Positions 46,201 to 58,200 of a DNA stretch of 64,000 nt are shown in pieces. The DNA lies in contig NC_133618.1 of assembly GCF_048593235.1 (NCBI RefSeq), positions 59,120,478-59,184,477 of the forward strand, written 5' to 3'. The notes under the pieces are model-generated. The model ran no database searches and was not told the origin of the DNA. It saw only the letters and a program-made list of their open reading frames with translations. Positions within the stretch are counted from its first letter, which is position 1, and the number at the start of each line of letters is the position of its first letter. This DNA is from Sminthopsis crassicaudata (lineage: Eukaryota). Position numbers and translations under genes: made by a program.

Positions 46201-49200
46201 GCTCCACACGCTTACTTGCACATCCACGGCCTCCACAACCTGCTTTACATACAGCCGTGCATGTAGAAGTACTTTGCACACGCGGACACCAGCCCCCCCC
46301 CTCCCCCCAGCAACTCCCTTTCCCAGCTAATTTGGCATCCAGTTCGTTCCGGGGTCTGTCACCACAGCAACCTTGAGACGCCCCCCTCCCCCCGCCCATA
46401 CTTCTGGGGGTAGGGTGTTGCCGGCTGAACTGGCCAGAGAGCAGAGGGAGCCGCTCCTGGGGGGAGGGGAGGCCGAGGCAGCGCCGGGGGCATTCTGCAC
46501 TCCAGCCCCCGGGCCCAATCCCCGGCCGGGGGACATCCTGCATCTCCTCCGCATCCCCGGCGGGGAAGCTCAGGAGCATCCCTGCCCGCATCCTCCGGGC
46601 CGTTCCCTCCCCCCGCCCAGCCCGGCATCCCTGGGCCGCAGGGCCGCGCTCACCTGGACCTTGCTGGGCGGCTGGTGGTGCCGGCGGCGGGGCCTGGGCC
46701 GGGCCCGGGTGGGGTGGGCCAGAGGCTGGTTGGCAAGCGGCAGGTCCATGTGGAGCTGCGGGACTGCGGGGAGCGGGGTCGGGACCGGGCCGGGCTGGGA
46801 CGAGACCGGGGCGCTGCTGCTGAGAGACGGCCCCGCCCGCTGCCCGCCGGGCTCCGCATCCTCTCCCTGAGCCGCCAGCTCGGGCTCCGGCTCCGGCTCC
46901 GACTCCGGCTCCAGCTCCGGCTCCTCCGAGGGACCTGCGGGGAGGGGGGAGAGAGGACTGAGGGCAGCAAGGGAGTGTGTGTGTAGGGGGGGGGAGGCGG
47001 AGAACCCCGCCCAGGGCGGAGGGAAAGGCCCCTCCCCCTCTCAGCCCCTCTTCTCCCCGTCGGCCCGAGGGCGCTGTCCCGGGTGCTGAAGCAGCTCAGG
47101 CCTGGGCCCCCCGGAGGGACGCGCCGCCACTTCCTGAGTTAGAAGGGACAGGAGGGCGGCCCTGGTCCCGGACGAGGGCGGGAGGCCGGGGCACAACGAC
47201 CCAAGGACTCGGCTGGGCATCCCCACCAGGACAACCCCTCCCCCAACCAGCCTTCTCAGAGAGTTTGAGCAGGTAGAGAGCCTGAGATCAGACCCTAACT
47301 GGATAGCCCCTCTCCCCAAACTCCCCCTCCCCTCCCGGCGCTCATTACCCAACCCCTCCCAGTGCAGGAGCTGATCAATGGTGGGGGAGGAGGCCGGGAA
47401 CCAGCGCTGGTATCTACTGTCCTGTTCATGACTCAGGGGTCCTAGAGATCCTAAGGCCCGAGCACTGGGGCGAGCAGTGCCCACTCAGCCCAGGCACAAG
47501 TTTGCCCTCGAGATCGGCATTCTCTGGAGGAAACTCAAACCCTCGTCCCTGCTCCATCCCCCTCCAAGGGCAGTGGGAGCCAACGAGCCGGGCCAGGCCT
47601 TACTTCGGACAGCAGGGGTGGGCCGGATGCTCTGGTTGTGTCTGTTTCTTCTCCACTGGGCCACTTTGTCCTGGGGCGGGGAAGCAGAATGTCGGACCGG
47701 CCTCAGCCATCTGCCTCAGCCCAGGTCTCTGGGGAGGAGGGGGCAGAAGGTCTGGAGGCTCAGTTCATCCCTCCCTGAAGAAGGGAGCAAATCTAGAAGG
47801 AGGATTCCCAGAGGCTCAGAATCCCCAGTCAAGGTCGGCTAGACTTAGAACAGGAAGGGACCTTGGGGATCCTCCAGGCCAGAGTTTCTTAACCTGCACT
47901 TTGTGGATTTGTTTTAAAGAATATTTTGATAACTATTTTAGTAGAATCAGTTTCCTTTGCAGGATTCTGTCTTCTATTCTGTGTATTAAAAACAGGATTC
48001 TGAGAAGGGGCATTAATCAGACAGCTGCCAAAGGAAGCTATGGCAGAGACTCCCAGATCTGGTCCAACTCTCTCATTTGACAGATGGGGCAAATCAAGTC
48101 AGGAAGTAGAAGCTATTTTCAGAGCAGTCACTGTGCTCTGGGAGCAGGGGGAACTCTGTGCCCCAAATCTTGCATAAGTGGGTGGAAAGGAGAGGCATGG
48201 GCTGGTAGAGGGAAAAAAGCAAAGTCACTTGAACACTCTGTGGGCTGTCTTGTCTTGCCTCCTCCAGAAGACCCAGGCCACAGATGTAGTGAATGGCAAA
48301 GGGACTTACAGAACAGGTTGTCTTGAGAATTCAAACGATTTAGGAATTCACCAATGGGAACAGAAGAGACTGAGAACTGGTTTTGTAATTTTTGATTATT
48401 GCTTGTGTGAGATGAACTGAGGGGTGGGTATGGAACATGTCCTCCTCTCCTTGGAGAATTCAGACCATCAGGGATCCTACCTTGCTGATGGGGAAGGGGA
48501 GCTGTGAGAGAAACTACTTACCTCCCCCAGGGAAGAGAGGCCTTCTGTCTCCCCATCTCCAGGACTTCTATCTCCCCTATGTAGTAGAGTCCCACTCTTC
48601 CTGGCTCCTGCTTCAGCACTGTCTGTGAGAAGCAGGGAAGGGGGTGCTTCTGATGTGTGCTGAGATAAGCTTTCCACCTAAAACCAGTAAGACAGTGCCC
48701 TAGAGTGGTTCCTCAAGACCGCAGAACATGGTAGAAGCAGTTATCAGTTCTTGAGTTCTGGTGGGCAGCTGTGTTCTGCCAATGTCCACTCTTCATGGGG
48801 GCACTGAGCAGGGAAAGAAGGACCAGGGACAAGAGGAAGGAGTGCAGGCATTTAGCTCCACGTAGATCTCATTTGGAGACCCCACACCATAGAATTAATC
48901 ACAGGAATGACAAGGGAGCTGTGCAAAGCCCACATGAATCCCTCTCTTCCAACCTTGGTTCCCCTCTCTTTTTTCCGCTGCCAGTTCCTTCTCCTACCGA
49001 AGTTCCCTTCCTCTCCCCAGACTCACCAGTCGATTCTGGGCAGCACTCAGATCCTCCACTACCTGGGCAATGATTCGCTCTGCAGCAGCTGCTGTGATAG
49101 ACAGGCGGATCTCACTGGCAAAGGTGGGAAATGGATTTGAGGATCAGGGTCAAGGATGTGGAGTAGTCCTCCACTGCTGCATTGCTCCCCTCCTCCTGCT

Positions 49201-52200
49201 GCTCCCTCATCTTCCCTTCCCAGAATCCCGTGAGGACAAAGCTACTTGAGTTTGCTGAAGACATCATTGAGAAGCTGCTCCAACAGTAGGCTGAGGCCCA
49301 GGTGGTCCTGCCGGCTGACCTGGCCTGAGATGGCACTACTCAGCTGCTCCCGGCGGCCGGCCTTCTGCATCACCCTCGGGCACAGGCTCTGAACCGTGTC
49401 CATTGTGGCTTGTACGAAAGACTGAGGTGCAGGCAGAGAGAGGGCATGGGGGTCAGAGGTTACATGAGCCAACATGGCCTTAGTGTCAGGATACGAGAAG
49501 TGAGGAAACCAGCTGGTTTTGAAGGCATAAAGCATTTTCAAAGGGAATTCCACCTTAGACACTGAACTTCACAGTGCGAGCAATAAGGGGCATTTTACTG
49601 ACTCAACTTATCTTAAATTAGGGACAGCTCTCATCCTCACCTCATTCTCTCAGGTGAAAGCTGTTGACTTCCAACTCTCATACCTAAGTCAGAGAAAGGC
49701 AGTAACCTGCTCTTTCATCGAAACTATCTTTTCACAAAAATAATGGGGATAAGACCAGGCCCCAAGCAGTGTTCTTGGAAAACCTGTGCTCTGGTGGACA
49801 AATAGAGTCATTGCTGGGCTCTGGAGGGAGGGCAAGTCCGGAGCTTTTAGACTTATGTGAATGGATGGAAGGTCAGGGCATGGGCCAGCAAAAGGAAAGG
49901 GAGCTCACCTGGATTTCCTGATGACAGGCCTGGCCCACCTCCTCCAGGAGGCCTTCCAGTTTCTGCTGCAGCTGGCTGTTGTGGTATGGGGAATTTCCAG
50001 CCTCATATAGCACAGGCAGAATCTGGAGTGACAGGGAAGAATCAGGGTCTGTGGAGGAAGGCCGGCTCCAGGCAGCATCCCAGCCTACATTCTCATACTT
50101 TGGCTTAGGTGGAAACTGGCCCCAGCTGATGACTTTAGTGAGATGGTTGGAATAGGATTTGGGGACTGACAGGTGGGCAAGCAGACAGACAGGTGAGCTT
50201 CACAGTGGTTAGGGCACTGGACTTAAGGTCAAGAAAAGATGAATTCAAATCCTGCACTGGACACTTACTAGCTGTTTGAGCAAATCACTTAAAACTCTCT
50301 CAGTCTCAGTACCTACTTCATTGTTTTTCTGAGAGTCAAACAAGTGAACATGGGTGAAGTGCTCTGCAAACCTTAAACTGATGTAGCAAAACTGGCTGCT
50401 ATTATTATTATTATTATTAGACAAGAGAAAGAGACTGCTGCTAGGCTCAAATCAAGCAGATCGGCAATAGCTTGAAGCACGGATTGGCTACCAGAGGGTT
50501 GGCGTGGGTGAACTCACACTGATGGAGAAATTAGCATCCCGGATAGCTTCCTCAGCCTGGTGCAGGGCAGCCTCACCCCGAGGGCTGGGCCAGCAGCCCA
50601 GCAACTCCATGTGCTCCTGCACTGTCAGGCACATCTCATTCACCATCTGGGAGTGGGGGGAAGACATGTCTCTGACACCTGCTCCCTAAGCCCCCCCCCC
50701 AGTCTTCACTTACCCCCAAGGACCTCAGTGTCCTGACCCCAGGGGACCTTTTTATTTCTAAGAGTCAAGAGAAGGGACCTAGGGACAGGAAAACAGCAGA
50801 GAGGAAGATCCAAGGGCAGGAGGTGGAGGCAGTCTCGAAGGAGGGGCAGGGATCTTTTTGTTCCTCCTGCCCCAGGATACCAAGGTCCAGACTGACCCAC
50901 CCGTTCTGAGCCCAGCCTTATACAGCCTTACCCCTCCCCATGACACAGGAGAGACACTAGGGAAGGGACATAAGCCTAGAGGATGTTGGGCCAGGCCTGG
51001 GACCTGTTCAGAAGATCGGGTGACAATTCCCTGCTGCAAGCGGAAGGCGTGGTCAGGCAGGGTTCTGTGTGTGTGATTATTCCTCAAGAGACAGGCCTGG
51101 ATCTGGGGGAAGGATGTGGGGGTGTCACAGAGGGCCTGAGGTTGGATCTATGCCCCTCCCACAGAGCTATCCTTTCTCTTCTGCTCTCCCCCACCCCGTG
51201 CCCACCCCAGACCTGGTGTATCGCCTCAGAGGTTCGCTCTGGGCTGCTTCGATAGGCCTGGGTCAGGTCACTCAGAGGCAGGGGCATGTTTTTCAGAGTG
51301 TGGTTCCCCTCGAGGGCATGAGCCACATCCAGGAACCCTTGAGCTGTGGTGTTGTTTCGGTCCCAGATCACAGTCCTGGGGAACCAGGGTTGGAGGGAAC
51401 AATGGGCAGCACAGAGACATCTCATCAGCCTCAGCCCTCCCCCCCCCATTCCCCTCTTGCCTCTCTCACCTGAGCTGGGTGTTGATCTGCAGGGCTTTAG
51501 CCAACATCTTGGCACCTGTGTCCCCCATGGCATTGCCACTGACGTCCAATGATGTCAGGCTCGGATTGCTGCCCAAGGCGTTCAGCAGAACACTGGTGCC
51601 CAGTTTCAGCCTTGACTCAGCCACAGAGAGAGACTGTAGGGGCTGGATTTGTGGGAACGGGGGGGGGGGGTCGTCACCAAAGGGCCAGGGCCAGGAGCAG
51701 AGGCCTCCTGGCATGGGCGGGACACTGCTCTCAGGCCTCTCACAACATGCTCTTTCCCTTCATACTCACACAGTCATCATCCTGGGTGAGCTGGACAATT
51801 CGGTGCAGCACATCCCCAAGGGACTCCCTGTGAAGGGAAGGGAGAGCAGCTGAGAGGTGCTAAACTTATCAGAGTAAATACTGAAAAGATAAAGCCCTTT
51901 GGACGTAGGAAATATGTCCCAAGTGTGGGGTCTGTGCATGTTTGTGGGATCCAGTCCCTGCTGGGTGTTAATTGAGCCTGATCACCTGAAGAAGAACCAC
52001 TGGGCTTTTAAAAGGGAATGACAGAAGCAAGTGATTGTGGGGTTATATCAGACAGTCTTTGTAAACTGTCAGATGTGATGATTCTTCTTTTTAATAGATG
52101 ATAGGAAGCCAATCTTTGTTATTTCCTTCTTTGTTCTTGATTGGGAAGGGAAGTGATTTAGTTTGTTGGCTACATGGGAATATGAGCAGAGTACCTGAAA

Positions 52201-55200
52201 GCTTCCTTTGCTATTAGGAGAGAGGATTTCCTGATTGGCAGAGTGAGCCTGGAATTGTAAGCCAGGAAAACAAACTGAATCCTTTGGGCTCAAGACTGCT
52301 GTGTGGGATGTTAACATGGATTTAAGAAGGATCCAGAATAGTTATTTCTTAGATTAGAAAATTTAGGTCCTGTTAAGTCTGGAACTAGGTAGACTTCTTT
52401 TATCAATATTCTAGACTGTCTATTGATTTTTTGGTGGTTTTTATTGTTGCTTTATATATATATAAATCTCTCTTCCCTTATAAATAAACCCTACTTTCTT
52501 ATCTTCTGGATCTATATCTTCCAAACCACAAGAGAGACAGTGGATCGGACAGAGAGAATGGGGAAGATACCCAGATATGGTGACAGTGGCAGAAAAGAGA
52601 ACACAAGAAATCTAGTTTCAGGTGGGCTAGATGTCTAAATCAGGGACTTAATTTGGAAGGTCCAGAAAGAACTTGGGCTTCCAGATGGGGACTCCATGAT
52701 TGGACAATTTCTTTAAAATAGAACTTTTAAAAGTTCTGAATATTGGCTTGAAATGACAAAACTGCTCAGTTGTAACTCTTACGTCAGTAAGGCTTAAAGG
52801 TCAACACTGAATCCTCTTGTAAGGGTGTGGGATTGGGAGATGCTTCTTACTTTGATTTAATGTTGAAGTTCTTCCCCAGAGCCACGTGACGGATGGACTT
52901 GCTCCTCCCAATGGCCAATACCAATGTTACCATGTCTGTGTCAAAACCTAGGGAACAGGCAACCACAGGTAAACTGACGGGGCTAACGTCCTCTCCCCAC
53001 ATGCTAATGTGGTTCTGAGTCCCAGAAGTGAGCAGACTCTTTCCCCAGGGCAGTCAGAGGGGCAACTGTTTCAACATTTTCCTCCTCCTCCAGACAAGGA
53101 TCAGTCTCCCTGCCAGTGGACAAGGTACAGGGGATAGAGAGGAGGGTTTAGGAGGCTCTGGGCTCAAAGCCTGGAGGGTAGTTGTGGGGCAGAGTTTGGC
53201 CTGAAATAAGGTACAACAGCTCCCTTTCTGGTCATCAGATGGAAAAAAACTCCCTAGTCCTGCAGTAAAGGGAGTCCCTCATCCCCCCACTTCTGCAACT
53301 CTCACCATTGTCTGACAAATCCAGGGCCCTCACCGAATTGATGTCAAAGATGAGGTCTTGAATCACTTGGGCACCAGCTGAACGAAGCTGTTATTTTTGG
53401 GGGGTGGGAAGTGGGACACAGAGCAGTCAGAGTTGAATATGCTGAGAATTTCCCTTATTACCTCACCTTCCCACCAGTAAGCAAAATCATAACTAGCGTG
53501 ATATGAATGGAGTTTTGCCTCAGCTTAGCTCCCTAACACTCTGTTTGGCAGGATGAGGAGTACTTCTTCCTGAACTGACAAGTACTCCTATGCCCCACCT
53601 GGGTACCCTGGGAGGTACCAAACACTACCAGCTGCCATCATTAGAACCTTGTTACTGTGAAACCTCTCTCCTGTCATTCTCCCCAATCCCTTGAGCCCCT
53701 GTGGGCTGGTACTCTGGGTATATAGCTTGTCTCCTGCAGACACAACTGAATCCCCAAAGTGAGATGGTCCTCCGTGCCAGATGCATCCCTATAGCCAGCT
53801 TACCTGAATCTTTCCCAGGCACTTTTAGCTAGTTTCGGCCCTGCCAGCAGGTCAAAGGTGGCCTAGCCCAAGTACAGGAGACAACCAGAGCATCCTGGTC
53901 TCCCAGATTACTGTTCTCTGGGCTAGAGGGACAGGGAAGCTGAGCAGGGCTTAGGGCCAGGAGTCTCACCTCACAGGTGTTGAGGTCCAAGTGGATATCC
54001 GTGAGTTGAGTATTGAGGGCTAGGCCTTGAAGAAGGCTCCTATGGAAATAGGATAGATGTCATCTTGAGAATGGCATGAGTATTATTACCCCATTTTACA
54101 GATGAGAAAACAGAGGTTCCAGAAAGAGATGTGACTTGCTTATTATGTGTTACAGCCAGGAATTGATCCCAAGTCTGATGACCCCATGTTTACTGTCTTA
54201 TTATATGCCAAGAGGTACTGCAGTGGAAAGAGAGCTCAGGTTTTAGAATTAGAGGCTCTGAATTAAAATCTGAGAGTGATTTTGGATTTTTTCCAAGGCA
54301 ATTGGGGTTAGTAAATGTTAAGATTTTAATTCAGGTCTTCTTGACTCTGGGTCCAGTGCTTTACCCCCTGCCCCATCAAGCTGTCCTTGAGTTCAAATCT
54401 GTCTTTGTCACTTACTACCTCTGTGACTTTGGTCAAAATTATCCACCCTCCCCACCCCACCCCAGTTTTGGCTTTCTTATCGAGAAAATGAGGGGGTGGG
54501 ATCAGATGACCTTTCAAGTCCCTTCCAACTATAAGTCCACTATGCTAGGATCCTTCTGGTCACACCCAGCAGGAGCCAACAAACATATCCATCCTTCATG
54601 GGCAGACTGACCCTCCCTTGGAGGGCTGGGTATCTGCCCTCTGCCCCAGGACTTCGAGGTGGAGGGAGCAGAACATTACTCACCTAAGAGCCTCCGAAGG
54701 CAGCTTGGTTCCTGCTAAAGCCACATGGTGGAGTGACTTTGCCTGGCTGAAGAATGACTGTAAGGAGGAGGGCACTCCCCGATGCCTTCTGGGAGAGGAG
54801 GTGGGGAACAGGGATGGGTTTCCCTCATGCCCAACTTCCCATCTCAGTGGCCCTTCCCCAAGACTGCAGATGCTAACTTGTTCTCCCCTGACTGACCCAG
54901 GGACAGCCCCAATCAAGGTCCCCCCCCCCTGCATGGTCTGCCTGGTTCAGGGAGCTGAACTGAATTGAGAATCAGAGGGTCCCTTCTTCCCCTTCATCCC
55001 TGAGTCAAGGTGGGCCCTGCCCTTTCTGGGGAAGAAGAGCCACAGTGGGAGGGCTTCTCTTACACGTGGGAGAAGATGTTGTTGGAAGCATCAAGATGAA
55101 CAAGGCTGGCACAGCATCCTAGAGACAGTGCTCGGAACAACTGGAAGGGGAAAGGAGAATGCCAACAGAGGCCCCAGCCCCAGACTGCCATCCCTCTGTG

Positions 55201-58200
55201 TCCAGCACTATCCGTGAGGGGGGGGTGTCCAGAGCTGTCCAGAGTGTGTCTGAGCTGCATCCCACTCCCCACCCAGGGTTCTTCTGCCTCTAAGGACACA
55301 CTTCCTCCACCCCACCCCATTCCCTTCCTCCCACACCCACAGTGGATAGAATAGGGCCCTTTCCTTACAATGTCCAGGGCACTGTCAGTCCCTGAGAGGT
55401 TCAGGTGGGTCATGACGTTGGGATGACTCAGGAAACTATACAGACCCTACGAGGACATAATTCTTCAGCAGGAACCCCTCAGACCTCCTGACCTCCCCTT
55501 CCCCCATGGCTTTGATAGTTTGGTCCAGTAGCAAGGACCCTGGGGAGAGCTTAATTCTAGTCTTATCTGGATCAGTCAGTTTCCCTCTCGGGACTCAGTT
55601 TCTTCATCTGTAAAAATGGGCGAAGGTGAATGGTTCTTCCAAGTTTCTTGAAGTTCTAAACATTCTATAAGATCTAGCAGTTACCCCACTGCCAATGCTT
55701 TCTTGGGATCAGGGCTTGGGGTGGGGCCTTGGGCTCAGAAGCTAGGATTACTCACCCCTTCATCCTCTGTGACTCCCAGAGCCCCAGGATTCCCAGACAG
55801 GTCCAAGTGGGTTAGGGAGGAAGCAAAGGAAGAATTGGTGAGTAGGGCCTGGCCCAGAGCACTCATTCCTGAAAGAGGAGATGGAAAAGGGGCCGAGAGG
55901 GAGGTCAGGAGCTAGGATTCAGATCCCTCCCCACTGCCTTACCCACTCGAGCCCAAGAGGGGCCATAAAAGCTCTAGGCTGCCCCCCTTCCTTCCCTTAG
56001 CTCAGGCCACGTTCCCACCTCTCGTGGTCAGCCCAGTCCGGGAAAGATTGAGCCTTTTCAGAGCCCCAGGACGCTTTTCCAAGTGGCGGCTGAGTGCTGT
56101 CACTCCTGGGGATTGTAGGGAGGGAAGAAAGATTGTGTGGACCTTTGGGGGGGGGAGGGGGGAGGCGGGGAAGAGCGTCTCCACCCACAGCTCTATTGTC
56201 TCTTGGCCAGCGTGCCAGGCAGGAAGGGCAGGCTCCAGGGGGCACATCACTCCCATCTTCTCCCAGGGCCAGGCTTCGAGCTTCGGAAGGGACTGCCTCG
56301 CCTTACCTCCCTCTCCCCCAGAGCCCAGCCCAATGGCTCAGTGGTCGGTCAGTTAACAAGCTTTTATCACTCACAAAGTGTCAGGCACAGTGCTACGCCT
56401 CCGGGATACAAAGAAAGGCAAAGCCGGGCCTGCCTCCCAAAAGCTTACATTCCGATGGGAGAAACTGCGTGCACACAAATTCTATCCCCCGGAGGCACAG
56501 GGGCCCCCAGAGAGGGGTCAAAGGGGGTCTGGGGCAGAGGGCCGGCGGGACTGGTTTGGGGCTGGGGTTTGGGAGGTAGAGGACTAGGGCAGGAGTGGAA
56601 AAGAGACCGGGATCCTTGGAGGGTGGATACGAGGTCGGGTCTGAGGAGGGCTGGGAGGGCAGAGGGCGGTACCTCGGTCCTCCAAAGGGTTCCCTGCCAG
56701 GCTGAGCACACTGAGGGCCGACCGGGGATGATCCGCCAGGGACTGAGCCAGGCGCTGCGCAAAGTCCCTGAGAGGGCGAGATGCGGGGCGGCTGGGACTC
56801 CCAGACTTGGCCGGCGGGGGGCCCTAATCCTCGCTGGGCGCCTCGTCGCCCCCTCCTTCCCTCTCCCCCTTTTCCCATCTCCTCACCCCTTCAGACCACA
56901 ATTGTCCAGCACCAGCTCCTCCAAGCGGGACGACTTGCTCAGCATGTAGAGGATCTGCTCAGACACCTCTAGGCTCTGGGGAGGGGGAGAATGGGGAAGG
57001 GGTGAGGAGCGGGGGAAGGGCGGCATGTTCAGAGACCCTCCTAATAGCCCTGATACTCTGCCATCCATCTCCCTCCACAATTCCACTGCACTTAAGACAA
57101 GGGCTAGCACACAGCGGGACTTAATAAATGTGATTCCTCTCCTCCGACTCTTGCCCTCTCTCCATGCCAGGGCCCTCCTCACCAGCTTGAGGTCAGAGCA
57201 GGACAGGCGGCTGAACCAAAGGTTGTAGGATAAGGCAGCCACACTTAGGGCCACATCCCTGGGGAAGAGACGGGAAATCCAGTCAGTGCTGAGCTCTGGG
57301 ACGAGACAAAATCGTAATTTTCCCCGTCCCTGCAGTCACAGGAAAGGCAGGGGAAAGTCCGGGGGCCTGGCTTTCCCAGCTAACCCCTTACTGTAGCCTT
57401 GGGGAAACAGGCCCAAAGTTGGGGTGTTTCAGAAAGAGCCACAGATTTGGAGCTCAGTCCTGTCTGAGTCTCGGGGGTTTTTTGGGCAAAGATACAGCTG
57501 TGGTTTGCCATCACCTTCTCCAGCTCACTTAAAAGATGAGGAAACTGAGGGAAAATAGGAAGTGTCTGTGGCTGGACCTGAAGCCAGGAAGATGAGCCTC
57601 TCTGACTCGAGGCCCCTTTCCCCTAACCACTGCATCACTTAACTGCTCTAGGAGCCAGAAAATCTGTCTTCAAATACCAGCCCTACCACTTGCTACGTGT
57701 AGGACCTTGGGCAAAGCCATTTTCCTTTTCTAGGTCTCAGTTTCTTCATCTGTAGAAGGACTGATAATCTCTAAGGACCCAACTGGATCTAAATCCCATG
57801 CTAGTAAGAAGGGAAGTGGAGCTGGGTTCCCCCTGTACTTTGGTTTCTTCCCAGCCCCCCCCCCCCACCTTTAAGTCTGCCCACTCTCACCGGCTGTGCA
57901 GATGGCTGAAATCTCTTAGGCTGAAGTTCCGGCAGTCTTGGCTATGGTAGATATTGTCCACATCCTGGGCTCAGTAAGTACACAGGGTCACCTCCAGGCT
58001 AGTATTCCTGGGGTAGTGGGTGGGAGGATCCATTCCCTTCCCCCTAGTCCTCCCACCCCAACTCTCACTGACTCCTGGAGGACTTAGCTTCACCCTTGCC
58101 CCTGCACACAACTCATTGTACTCCCTCCCCATAGCCCCTGCTGGAATTATTAGACTCTAAACCCATAAAGATAGGATCAGTATCTTAGCTACACTCTGTG

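Noticed and set aside
47292-47300. ACCCTAACT, similar to the telomerase RNA template
   Set aside because: No full CTAACCCTAA template, pseudoknot, CR4/5 or H/ACA domain; TERC is not in this window.
53306-53387. Words resembling an RTE/SINE 3' end (TTGATGTCAAAGATGAGGTC)
   Set aside because: This is CARMIL2 exon 18 read on the opposite strand.
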